Origin: Podarcis vaucheri
Lineage: Eukaryota
Assembly: GCA_965113315.1 (NCBI GenBank)
Contig: OZ220364.1
Length of the DNA: 64,000 nucleotides
Reading direction: 5' to 3' (one strand)
The notes under the pieces are model-generated. The model saw nothing but the letters and a program-made list of their open reading frames with translations. It ran no database searches and was not told the origin of the DNA. Position numbers and translations under genes: made by a program. Position 1 is the stretch's first letter; each line of letters opens with the position of its first letter. Below are positions 49,861 through 62,900 of the stretch, piece after piece.

Positions 49861-52800
49861 CTGCAATCAGAAACAGACAAAAGCACAATGAGCACAGCAA
49901 GCAACAAGTACATTTTCAGCATTGTGCCATTGTAACAAAGTTCAACAAAATTAGCCACACAAATCAGCCAGCCCCTTTATTGCATCAAATGAAAATGAAT
50001 GAGGAATAACCACAGACATTCCCAGGCCAGGCTGTGGCAGTGGAAACGAGGCAGAGAGGAGCAAAGACACAGATGGTAACTAAAGCAGGGGGAGAGCTGA
50101 GAGCTGTTTGGAGACAGCCATCTTTTTTAAGGCATCTTAGAGGGAGGTGAGTGGCCTGGCGGTAAAGTGCAGCCTGTCCAGTATCCAAACACATTGGGTG
50201 AGAAGCTCAAGAGACAGAGCCTTGCACGTTAATCCTAGACGCATTTGGGGAGCTTGGTTTCAGTGGAGTTGACTTCCAGCTAAAGTGATCAGTCGGGGAG
50301 GAAGGATCTAGTTATGGAGAGGACCACCAGTGAGATTAATGTCCAGAGGAGACCCGCTAATAAAATTGAGAGTCTGAGTCTCATTGTATCACATGGATGT
50401 CAGCAGCACATACAAAATCAGCAAGAAGGATAAATTGCTCCATTCTGTCACACATTCTTTTCAACAATGAGCTCTCCTTCCTTCATCCATTGGCAAAATC
50501 TCCTTCTCGATATAAGAGAGTAAGCAGAATGCTCCAGTAAATTCTGATACTCTCCACCAGTGCCTGCTCTGTGTTCTGAACCACATTCCGGATATTTGTT
50601 TGGAGGACATATTTGTTTCTTCAGATTGCAGTTCCATCGAGATAAAAAAAGAGGTTCGCCTCCTCCACCATATCTTAATGCCCTCCAGTGATAAACATGC
50701 TGTTAGGATTGAATCACAACGCTGTATTTGTCCTACAGGAATAAATGGCAGCAAGGAAAAGGTAGGGGCAAAACCTGCTCCTTGAACTCCACTCCCCAAC
50801 TGGCAGCCTTTTCCTATCTGCATAGTCTCATCATGGAGCCTTTCCCCCCTCTCCCTACCATCAGTGTTGGCTAGTTCTCACTGACTAGGAAATTTGTACT
50901 TCGTTATACTCTATCACCAAGGGGGAGGCTGTCCCAGTGTGTTCACAGGCTTCGTGAAGATGACTTGGCACACAGTTCCCAGCTCATTTGGGTCTCACTC
51001 TCTGAACCATTTCTGGGTCTTGCTATTTCTTCTGTGTCATGGGTTAAGGGCATGAGAGGAAAGCATCGCTCTTCCCAAAGCTGCACAAAAGCTCTTTATC
51101 TCATGGCTGAATTGTAGCCTAGTTATTTATACAGTGAAAGTTGTCCAGAATCCAAAAATAAAGATTGCGGACACAATTCTCATCTCCATTTTAATAAGTG
51201 TCAAATTATTGTTTGTTTGTTTTCTTTGCACAAAATGTGACTCGGAGCACAGTCAAACTGTGGGATAGGAAAATCAAAGGCCAAGAGAATTATATATTGT
51301 GTGATTTTTATTTATTTAAAAACCCTCTTTTTTCAATAAAATAAACAAAACAACCCAAACTGCTTTTAACAAATGGCTTCTCTAGTCCCCACATGCCAGT
51401 TGTTACCTCCCGTCACCAAACGGATTTATTGTCAGAGTTATGAGTCATTTTGCATTGACGCAATTGGATGAGCTAATTTATTATTTGCCTCCTGTAGTTA
51501 ACTAGATCCTAAAGCACGATAGATATTTTGTTTTATTGAAGACTCAAACCCTGCGCAACTAAAAGGCCAAACAAAAAGAAGAAGAAAATATTAAAGTGAG
51601 TGAGTAAATAAAAAAGTGTCACAGAGCACCAAAGGCAAAGTTAGAGGAGACACCTCAGTGGTAAAAGACGGTTGTAAAACAGATTCTGGTAAACTTCATA
51701 GGGTGAAAACCATCCTACTTTCAGATATTGCAAGAGCAATCTGAGAAGCTGGTGCACCAGTGCAGAGGCCTGGTTCACAGCTAGTGGGATGGTGGGAAGA
51801 GCTTTGAGAGAGCATCCGATAAAAGTAATCTGCAAGGCAGAAAACCAGTGTTGCTCTTCTGCACAGCTCAATTAATGCACATTACAGAACGCTAAAGTTA
51901 TGTAGGATCCACGACAAAGGATAGACGCAAAACAAAGGGACCTTTGCCAAGAGGATTGATGTGAATTCTGCAGACAAACCAACAGCATATGATTGTCTGA
52001 GAAAAAAATCTATGTCAATATGGGGTTGAATGTGTTGGTTCTTCCATGAGGGAAGTCGTGGCAGTAGTGGAAGTTTAGAAGTTAAAGTCTGGAGTGAGAG
52101 TACAATGATGAAAGGAGAATTACACGCATAGGATTGTATCCAAAGTAGCATTGAGTAATATTTTCTGACAGAACAAGGATTTCCACTTGCACAGCTGGAC
52201 TTACCTCCTCTCCCCTCTTGTGTGCTTCCTAAATCTGTTTTAGGGGCTCTCCAAACTCTCCAGCAGAGTAGATTTGGGGAGTGAGTTGGACACAAAGGAG
52301 GAAAAAGTCCCAATGTGCAAGCGGAAATCCTTGTGCTGATGGACCACGTGAGTTGGACACTGCCCCACAACACAGACCTGTCCTGAGCCTTCAGTTATCA
52401 CAATTTTTAAGAGCATGTGCATTGAATAATGAGTATTGCAATTAAACATAATTAACTTTCTCGTTGTGCCTGCCAGGAAAGGCTTTTGGCCATGGGGTGG
52501 GAAGTGTTTTGTTTTCACAGAGAAAAGAAATCAGGAAATAGCTATAATTTTAAAAGACAAATAATAGATTTGAAATCTTATAGTTTATAGCCATTTTGAT
52601 TTTAAAAGAGTGACATGAAGTTTGAATGCTTTGGTTTGAGAGGAAGGGTCCCAGTGAGAGTGCCACCATGGCGTTAAGAGAGGCTTGTCAGCTGTGTGAC
52701 TTGCTTGCCGATGATAAATAGTGGCAAATCAATAATGAGTAAAACCTGTGTCTATCACCCAATCATATGAATCTTTGTTCATATGAGTTTGGGTACATTG

Positions 52801-54121
52801 ATTAATTTATTGATTAAACTTGCATACATTTGCATATGAGATAAAAATGGTTCTAAAGAAAAACGTACTTTGTTTTAAAATTATGCCCACAAGTGGCACA
52901 GTAGGCCTCATCTTTGAAGAGCTGTCCCCTGTTCTATCACACACAGAAGGACATGACGCTGATTGACATCTGAAACTTCTTTAAGTACTTATGTTAAAAA
53001 CTGATAATGTAGATATACCAATTTGGGGGCAGCTTGTCAGCTGATCAAATTAAACCTATTAACCTAACCAATTAACTGACTAAATCCTGAACCCCTACTA
53101 ACACCACTAACTAACTGACTGCATTTACACACCACAGTAAATGCTTTTGCCATAAACACAGGTAATGGTTTAAACATAAACACACAGGGGCTTCCTGTTT
53201 TGATCATTCCCTAGCAGGAAGAACAAAAGATAATCCCTAGTGTTACATCTGAATTGGAGATAGCAGTTTGTTTCACTCCAAACAAAGTTTGATTTATCAA
53301 ACATAGTTTGAGTGAAACAAATCACAATCCTTGGCTCAGATATTATTAGGGATGTAAGAAAACATTATTTTCTGTTCTGACCTCTATTTGTTGCATGCAG
53401 CACTGTTTATGTTCCACTGCGCTTTGTCTTCCACAAAAAACCACTTTATCTGTATTTCCATCCACTGTGTCAAATTATGTACCTTATGTAATTTACATGC
53501 AAATTATGTTGCCGTGATGTTATTCCCCCCTATTCATTTCAACGCAAAGAAAACACAATGCAAGTAGGGGTGGGGAAAAGTAATAATTCATGTATCTTCT
53601 GTGGACTGAAAGCAGCAACAACAACAGGTGGATTTCCATTTTGGACATGGGATGAATAAGTGAACATTGGCAATTTCCACTCCTGTTTCCATTTTTCTTG
53701 GAATTCTGCAGCATCCCCAGATGTAATGTTAAGCCAGGGATTGTGCTCATGCTTGTAATAGGGGAGAAGCAAAGCAGGTGTGATCTCCACATTCACAACA
53801 AACCATTAACTGTGGTTTGTATTAATTGTGAACTGGGCAATGAGGCTTCAATATAGGCTTATGAGCCTTGTCAATGTGAGAAAAGGCATCAAAGGAGAAG
53901 GCAAAACAAAAACCCACCCTTAAATTAGGAGGGCTGGAAGACCTAATACTATGGACATGTGCAGAAAACGTGATTTATTTGCTATATTTATATATGCTGC
54001 TCCTCATTTTTTGTGAGGTTCTCAGTGGTCTCCTATCCAAGTCCACACTCACTTAGTATCAATCAAGTTACATCATGTATTCCGAAGGGATTTGCTGGGC
54101 AGTGACTGCAAACGGGATGTA

Positions 54122-54293
54122 AAGGTAAAGGTACCCCTGCCCGAACGGGCCAGTCTTGCCAGACTCTGGGGTTTGTGCGCCCATCTCACATCTATTGGCC
54201 GGGGGCCAGCGCTGTCCGGAGACACTTCCGGGTCACGTGGCCAGCGTGACAACGCTGCTCTGGCGAGCCAGAGCCGCACACGGAACGCCGTTT
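54122..54293 (-). mobile_element. 5'-truncated Squam1-family SINE (divergent subfamily) with 10-bp TSD
   Basis: aaggtaaagg tail on +; TSD acgggatgta at 54112-54121 and 54294-54303. Confidence 0.85.
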
Positions 54294-55254
54294 ACGGGAT
54301 GTAGTTGGGTGTAATTCTCTAACTACCTACCACTGATGAATATGTGAGTGCCCAGGAACAAAAGTAATCAATGGGATCTCTTCCTACAACATAGGAAGCA
54401 GGATTATATTAAGGGCAATTACCTTGCCCTTTCTAAGTTTTGCATAAACCGATTAGGAAGGCAGTCGAGAAATGGGCAAAGATGTGCACTTTTTGTCAAA
54501 CTCACCAGAAAGGTATGAGATGCATGTATTTATCATGGGTCCTTGGGCGTTTTTTATATCCTTCAAAATGCATCTAGGGAAATGTCATATCTGAAATAGC
54601 CCTAAGCACATACTAGTTGAAGCCCATGGTCAAGCACTGTGTCCTAGAAAGAAAGATGTTTGGGACTGTGGAAGAGGGGGAGATGAAATAAGGTGAAAAG
54701 TCTGGAGTCATGGTGGTAACCCATTTGCCTCGGACGCCTAAACAAATGCTGCTATTCTTGCCTCCATACCCCTTGCCACTTTCTTTCTCCCCCTCTTTGA
54801 GGAGTAAAATGCCTTTTAGGGGGTAAACTAGCAGCCTTTATGGGGTGTCAGAACATCCCCTGACAGTTGGCAAACACCAATGACACCTCATTTTTGCAGA
54901 ACATGACAGTTAATTCTGATAGTGGGATAGGATTAAACCTGCCAAGAACTTTGGGCAATGTATTAAATAAACAAGTCTATGTGGATCCACTCTGTCACAC
55001 ATAACATGCTGTACCTGCACTACAGACACTGAAATGCCTCATGAAAATGCCAAACTGCTGCATGCACCATTCGTATGGAAGCGACAGACATTCCATGCCA
55101 ACAATGTAGAATGTTTTGCAGGAGGTGGCTTAAGAGGAAAGCAATAGCAGAGGCCAACTACAACATGCGGCACCCAAAGGCTTAGGCAGTCACTGTGTGT
55201 GGCTCAGAATCAGTGTGATCCAGCAGAGAGAGAGAGAGGGTGGGTGCTTGGGGT

Positions 55255-55393
55255 GGGAGACCTGGATTCAGATCCTAGTTTGACCATGGACTCACTGGGT
55301 GGCCTTGGGCAAGGTGTTATCTCTCTCAGTCTCAGTTTCCCCATCTGCAAAAAATTGGAATAACAATGACCTGCCTCATAGGGTTTTGCAAGG
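55255..55393 (+). mobile_element. MIR/CORE-type SINE remnant
   Basis: ccttgggcaag...ctcagtttccccatctgcaaaa...gacctgcctcataggg core. Confidence 0.65.
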
Positions 55394-55950
55394 TGCCCTA
55401 CATCCTAAATGAGTTATGAAAATGATACAGTATAGTCTACTTCAGGAATAATCAAGCCCAAACTCCCTTTCCTGTGAGGCTCATTAGAATCCTAGATTTT
55501 GGGATGCATGTGTAAGTTATCTTCTAGTCCCGAGTTTAACAGTAATTGCAGTAACAAGCTGAGTATGTGATGGCAAAAATTCCATGCAATCTGTAGTGCC
55601 GGACCAGTTGCTCAACTCAATCTCTTGCTTATGATTGTACCAGAAATAAATAATTTTTGCAGCAGTACAGACTTCTCAGGGTGGGCACTATGTAAGAAGG
55701 TAACTCTCTGCCACAAATATTTCCTTCCTGCATAAGAGTTGATTCTTGCAGAGGTACATAGCACCAGATCTGTGTGTGCTAAAGTGGTGCACGTGTACAA
55801 GCCTGCTTTGCCCTTCTTAGAATCAGAAACAGTCCCTAATGATGCAAAGTTGTATTATATTTATTTGGTGGTGGATAGTGTGACCCTCAGCTGAGGCTGC
55901 ATGGGCCTGCTAGTGCATAAAAGATAAAAGTGAGAAAGCAAAGTACTCAC

Positions 55951-56016
55951 GTGGCATGATTCCCTGGTTGGCGAGCTGCTCTCGGCTTCTTCGCTGCTGC
56001 AGCCGCAACTGTAAAA
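55951..56016 (-). CDS. MYOCD: MYOCD exon 2 (V-LQLRLQQRRSREQLANQGIMP-P), RPEL1
   Basis: 66 bp, CAG acceptor, GTGAGT donor, phase 1-1. Confidence 0.96.
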
Positions 56017-56284
56017 CTGGGAGAGAGTGCATCTTTCAGAAAGGGACCTCGAACTTCTGCCACAAATAACTCCAAACTTTTCATTTGCTGAGATACCTTC
56101 CGCTCTGCTGCTAAAGAGGGAAGGTTCAGATCTCTATCACATGCCAAAAAAAGGAGTCATCCTTGTTACAACAGCAGTGTAGATCTGACCTATTACTGGA
56201 ATGCAGCTTTCTTATTATCTTACTAAAACTAAGCCAATTAACCTGGAGTTTGGTCAAATGACCATTTCCCTTTCTCCATCCTCC

Positions 56285-56310
56285 ACACACACACACACAC
56301 ACACACACAC
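56285..56310. repeat. (AC)n microsatellite
   Basis: Direct observation. Confidence 0.95.
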
Positions 56311-58079
56311 GTTAACAACTTCATAGCGCAGCAGACACAGTTGCTAATGTTACTACATTACAAAAAAGATGAAAATTTATCAAGCTATTCTAACTGTGCT
56401 GCTTATTAAGATTTTCGAGTAAATGCTTCTCTGCTACACATGTTATTTAGGGTTGAAAGAAGAGGAGCCTTTTGCAATAGTTTCCATTCTAGAGTTCACA
56501 GGAAACAACTCAGAGTTACAAAAAAAATTGCTGCAGATCTGGAAAACATGGCCCACACGGATATGTGCTGCTCCATTAGCTTAAAGAAGGAAAGGGAGTT
56601 AAAGAAAATGAATTATCTATGATCACATTTACATGAAACGGTAGACAGGATTTGTTTTATATGCAATAGATATGCTTGCTCTGCCAGGCGCAGCCAGGAG
56701 ATGATCCACTGGACTGAAATTCTAGCTTAAACAAATTCTTAAAAATTTAGTTTGAAATGAAAAGCAAACCAGCACACCATCTTGTGTAGGGATGAAATCG
56801 ATCCTCTTGAGATTTGGCCCATTTTAATGAAAGTGATGAGTGGATGTGGCTCAAAATGAAAAACTGTCTAGGAAACTATGGCCTAATGTACATAACAGGT
56901 CTGCCTGCAGCTATAAATAATCCAACTTAATCTTGACACCTCTGACATATATGAAGTCCAGCCTGCTCCCCCTGTTACTCCTTCAGTTCCTAGGAGCCAG
57001 GCTAGCTGTAGGGGCAGTGAATGCCCTTCCTTCTTTGCACCTCATTGCACGATGGAGAGCCACTTGTGTTTGGCAGATCATTAGCTTGCCCTGGAGAACA
57101 AACACTTGCCTTGTGTCTCTAGAACTGACATATCTATCAGGGGTGCAAATAAAAACAACAACCAATGTCTGCAAATTTCAAATCAAACCTAACAGTATTC
57201 TGAACATTTGATTAAAAAAAAATGTGACGAGGGAAGACGGAAACTAAAGAAACTTTTGTCTGCTTTGTAGATATATGAGGCATTTAGCAGGTGAGGGTCA
57301 ATTTATTCATCACAGTCACTATAGGATGCCAATCCAAATTGCTCCACATATTGTACATGTAGACTTACTATTCTAAAGCTGCAACCTTAGTCATAATTCC
57401 TAGAGAATAATTCATTATGGTGGAACTTGGAGTAAACATGCATAGGACTGCATGGCAACAGGATGGTTTTCACCGTGTCGTTACCAAATTTTAGATCGGG
57501 AGCTTCCAGAGTGGTTGTTTATTTAGCATGCATATGTGTGCACAAAACATATGTGGCAGTTATATGACATCACCTGCTTACTTGGCATTCATTCACGTGC
57601 AGGTAACCCAATACCCCCAGTGACTGTTATGCAACACTTCCCAGTGCAATTTCCCACCACTTTTCTTATCACTTTCTCCTTATCAGACTTTTGTGGTTAT
57701 AAAACTAACAGCATAATTGCACTAGAAAGTGTGGAATAATAACCATTTTTTCTGCATATTAACATCCCATCTGGAAATGCCCTTCATCTCTATAAAACTG
57801 AACTTTTAAACAGCAACAACCCGCCCCCCCCAAAAAAAACCCCAAACCCATCTCAACTTAAGCAAAGAGCTACTGAACATTATGGCTAACCACATAATTT
57901 CCACAATGAGTGATTAAACTGGCCTCCACACGGTGAGCTTAATATATAAACAAACCCTTAACTTAATATATAAATCTCCCCCTTTAAATTTCCATTGAAA
58001 TATATAAAGAATAGAATGCTATATATATGTGTGTGTGTGTACAAAAATACATATTATCTCAATAGGATATACAAAACAT

Positions 58080-58149
58080 TGTGTGTGTGTGAGAGAGAGA
58101 GAGAGAGAGTGAGTGAGAGAGAGAGAGAGAAAGAAAGAAAGAGAGAGAG
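58080..58149. repeat. Compound (GT)n(GA)n(GAAA)n microsatellite
   Basis: Direct observation. Confidence 0.9.
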
Positions 58150-58290
58150 TATTTCATTTCTCTTCTATGTGAAATGTATTTTAAAAGAAATCTACAATAG
58201 TGTCAGATTTTCATAACCATTCAAATGCATCTGATGTTTCATTCGTGTTGGCAATGTCCTCATCTTTGCTGGAATTAGGTCCTGTACCAG

Positions 58291-58703
58291 CAAGGACGCG
58301 GACTTATAAAAAATATTGGGGGGGCCCGGGAAAGCTCGTGAAATGCAAATAAGCTCATGAATATGCAAATAAGCTCATGAATATGCAAATAAAGTGGCGC
58401 CGCCCCCTCGTGAGCGAATAGGGGAGAGCGTGCTGCTGCCTATTTATCAGCTCCGGAACAGCTGATATGCGGGAAACCTGGGGCTAGAGGCAGGAGCCCC
58501 CGCCCCCGGGGATTCCCTAATCTCGCGGGGGACGGCCGGGGCTCTCCGGCTAGGGCGCGCGGCTGGCTGGCTGGCGAGGGAGCAGGTGGGGAGGAGGCGG
58601 GGGACGGCGGCGGCGCCCGAGATTATTGGGGGGGCTGAGCCCCCCCAAAAAATTTTTTGAGGGGGCTCAAGCCCCCTCAAGCCCCATGGAGTCGGCGCCT
58701 ATG
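58291..58703. mobile_element. Young GC/CpG-rich non-autonomous hAT element with perfect 8-bp TSD
   Basis: TSD tgtaccag at 58283-58290 and 58704-58711; imperfect TIRs caaggacgcggact / agtcggcgcctatg. Confidence 0.85.
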
Positions 58704-59497
58704 TGTACCAGTGGCTTATCAGATAATTTAAAAGACACCATTCAGCCCTTTAACAAATTAGCTAATGGATCAAAGATTTAACCTTTCGGATATGTTAGAG
58801 GGTGTCAGCCTTTAAATCAGCAATACTGGGTTGTGAAGAACACGAAACTTGTCTTTTTCATCAGAACAAGCTCTGAGGAACTGGGTGGGGAAACCCTCCA
58901 ATTTCCACAAACAATCTCTAAGAAATGAGCACTGGAGACAAATGGCTTCCTTGGGGCACCAGCACCCTCTTGAAAAGCTCTCATGATTTGTTTATGCTTG
59001 CACAGACTTAGCACTATAGAGGGATTAAAGCATCTGTTTGCGTGCTGCTTTAATCAGGGCTAGTCAAGGAACTTGCACACTTAAGAGATGTCACTTCAGC
59101 GGGAGAACATGGGAGGAAAGAGATAGAGAGGCGGGAGAGGCAGCTCCCAAAGGTCTGGGCTTTTTGGAAAGCATGGCCTGTTTCATGTGGTCTCAGGAAC
59201 CAGATGCAAAGCTTTGACGCCACTAAAACTTAACTGCAAATGCATCAAAATACTCCCCGTTCGCTGCAAAGCCCAGTATCCACAGTCTGGAAGGCAGGCT
59301 TGGATGAATGGCTGCCACCACATAATCCAATTACATCCTTTAATTTCAGTGGTTAAGAATGTCAGATCTGCACCTTAAACACATTTCCCTGGAAATAATA
59401 GACCCCAGGAATTTCAACGGAATTTGCTTCCCAAGAAGACACACCAGAGTATTGGAATCCCAGGTGTTTAAAATGCCTGAAATGCAAAGTTGTAAAG

Positions 59498-59801
59498 CAT
59501 GGGTAGGCAAACTAAGGCCCAGGGGCCGGATCCGGCCCAGTCGCCTTCTAAATCCAGCCTGCGGACGGTCCAGGAATCAGCATGTTTTTACATGAGTAGA
59601 ATGTGTCCTTTTATTTAAAATGTATCTCTGGATTGTTTGTGGGGCTTGCCTGGTGTTTTTACATGAGCAGAATGTGTGCTTTTATCTAAAATGCATCTCT
59701 GGGTTATTTGTGGGGCACAGGAATTCATTCATTCCTGCCCCCCCAAAATATAGTCTGACCCTCCACAAGGTCTGAGGGACAAAAATGTTTGCTGGCCCCT
59801 G
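59498..59801. mobile_element. Non-autonomous hAT (Charlie-like) element, inverted relative to 34338
   Basis: Perfect 8-bp TSD ttgtaaag; CATGGGT...GCCCCTG ends; internal duplication of tgtttttacatgag.agaatgtgt. Confidence 0.9.
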
Positions 59802-59841
59802 TTGTAAAGCATTTCTTTTTACGGATGAGTTGCTCCAATGT

Positions 59842-59975
59842 TAGGGTTGCCATATGCCCTTTTTTCCAGGACACGCCTTCTTTTTCATGGGTAGAGTCGT
59901 CCTAGCGATCCATAGTTAAAAGTAGAAGTCTGCAAATGTGTCCTCTTTTTTCCTCTTCAAAATATGGCAACCCTA
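59842..59975. mobile_element. hAT (Blackjack-like) MITE
   Basis: Perfect 14-bp TIR TAGGGTTGCCATAT / ATATGGCAACCCTA. Confidence 0.75.
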
Positions 59976-62900
59976 CAGGTACTACTGATTTTATTTTTTA
60001 AAAAATAAAGCTGATATTTAATGCCTAATTTCATGATTGGGATTTTGCTTGCAGTGTTTGTGTTCTAAAGAACAGCAAAAGTCACAAAAAAGAGGAAAAA
60101 CCAAGAGAGAAAGTGGGGTGGCAAAAAGAGAGAAAGGGGGATCGATTTTTGGCTCTGACCCTGCCCAGTGCTGACTCCAGCCCCACCCACTGCTGGTATG
60201 CAGCCCCTTGGAAAATGTTCCTGAGGGAATGTGGCCCACAATAAAAAGATACAGAAGTTACCCAACTGAAGAAGAATGGACAAATAGGGATAAATAGCAA
60301 TCACTGGAAGACATTGAACTGATTTCTTTCATCTGCTCTCAACTAGCAGGTGTGCTATCAGCCAACAGAACTAGTAACAGAACTAGCAAGTACTTTGATA
60401 CAATGAAAATTAACACCAAAAACATTTAAGCACAGGTCCAGAATAAAGCCTTTTCCATATTGTATGTATTTGGTAAAGAAGTAAGTGCAACAATATGATA
60501 GACGATTGTTTTTTAAATAAAGTGCATATAGGGATGTTTCGTAGCAACTTACTGTGGATAACACTTCAGCAATAAGATGGAATCCTTGTTTATATCCACA
60601 AATGACCCACTGGCAATTACTACTGAATGGACATGTTGTGAAGATGCCCACTGGAAAATACTTTATAGATCTGGCTTCTTTTCCCCGATGGGTTTTTAAA
60701 ACAAGGCCTGTGCTTATTTCACAAACATAAACTGGCTGTTACAGAAATAGTAGGCAGGACATGCAATCATTGTTTCATTGCTTCTAGTATGAAAAAAAGT
60801 ACAGGCTACACTGGCATCACTAAGCTATCAACTCATAATCTGTTCATAGACGTTAGCCTGACCCCACAGATCTGTTGGCTAAGGCAACTTACCAGTGTGT
60901 TTGGGTAGGGAGTAAAATGTATGGGTCACTCACATTAGAAGTTTGCTCCTAAGCAACAAAGCTGCAGTACAGCTGGTCAAGCCCAGCTGACATTTAATCC
61001 ACAGTTATTTGGAGTTTGCTAACAAGGCACAAATTAACTCTTTTTGCTCAGTTAATTTCATCCCTCAGAGATCTTGTGGTGCTCCTAGGTCACAGAAGTG
61101 CGACTAATTTGGACACTCCACCTCATAATTAAGGATGAACCTAGATAAGATGCTTGTGTATATTGTTAATCTAATATGAACAAACCCAGGATCTCTAATA
61201 GCCATTACAGTAATGTATATATTTGAGGCATGAAGGTTTCTGCTTTGAGGCAAGAGGCTGGGTTTGAAAATCATCTACCGCCTTGCAGACCAATAATTCT
61301 TTGATATAAGCTCCAGAGGTACACAAAACAAACAGGCCAAAAAAAATGTCACCTTGTCCGTTCACTCAAAATTATGCATTCTTCTATTATTAGATCAGCA
61401 GTTGAAAGAGAGAATGAATTATCAATACTTCAAGAGGTTATTTCTTAATTGGTCAGAAGGTGGAGGTAAGTGTGTTCTTGTGGGGTGAGCAATAGAAATC
61501 TTTAAGAATCTGTATGTAAATCCTGAACAGTATTCCAGTTGCCTTCTTTACAGTATGTGTATTTCATTCCTCCCTGTAACGTATGCAACATCTCACCACC
61601 ACCAAAAAATAGCTGCACGTCCACTTAGATTACTGTTTTGGCAATGTAGGGATGGCTGCTACTTTTCTACATTATCTACAATACCCTCCGCAGCTTATAA
61701 ATCGGTTGTCTTTCTCCTTGAGCATCTGAAACAACCCTGACATAATCATGGACAAGATAAGTGGGGATAAAAGAGAAAATCAGACAAGTCTTAGCCTACC
61801 TTGAGGACCTCAATGTACTTTGAGGAGTGGGCAGAATGTACTGGGGGTGGGGGGAATCTACAGTAAGAATTCCAGTAAAAAAAATATAATTATTGAAATT
61901 CAGAGTGTAAAATAAAACCATCAACTCTGATTTTTAGAACCCCAAAAGTGATAATTGAAAGAACAGCATTTACTCTTAACTTCACATGTTGCTCATTCTT
62001 TTCATCAGATGTCTCTAACCTTCAAATAACGTATTTAATTGATTATTCCTCTCCGTAACATTAGAGGGATCTTTACTCCAACTACAATGTCTTATTGCTA
62101 AAAGATCCACTACCAGGTTCGTAATTTTAAAACAAAAACTCTACATTAACCCTAGGCATTTAAGAAGACACTTGTTCTAACATTTTACCCAAATCTGAAT
62201 TGCTAGACTATGAAATCAGCACCTCCAGTTCTTACGTCTCTCCCCACTGCCTCATAGATACTCAGGCTAAAGGAGATGGAGTACAGATGTACCAGTATTT
62301 TTTAATAATTTACACATCTGTTGCACTTGAAGATGAGCATGGGAGAGCAACTCTATCATACAGGTAGACACCTGGGATTTTGCAATTTAAGGGCCACTCA
62401 AACCAGGCAGAAGCAGTAAATATGGACTCTTGTGCTGCTTTGAGCAGAGCAGCTCTCCATACGAAAACAAATTGCACCTCGTATCTTTTGCAATTACAAG
62501 TTCTAGGGCACAAAACACTCTCAGCCAGCCCTGGACTCCTAGTCTGCATTGTGCAAAATGGGATTCATAGCATAAGACACCAGTAACACCCAGACTCATT
62601 TCATTTCAACATTTCACTATCTTGATGCTCTTGAGCCATCAACACTAAGTTATTGATATACCAGTGGCCCAACTCACCCACTTTTCCCATTATGGCTCCA
62701 CTGGAAGTCAGAGATCTCTGTTATCTACAAACCATCAAGTATCACTTCCAAGAAACAATCATTTTTCAGTAGAACTTTTAAGATTCTCCAGCTATTTTAT
62801 GCTAGACTCTGGAGCCCCATCTCTGAAGTTACCCAGTAAGGCTGAGGCAGTGGGCCTGGGAAGTGAAATTTCCTTATGCAGCCAATCAGACTGTGGCAAC

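Noticed and set aside
56017-56147. LPSLAAERK peptide upstream of MYOCD exon 2, resembling MRTF LPPLSERK
   Set aside because: It is in a different frame from exon 2, and the nearby GT donor gives the wrong phase
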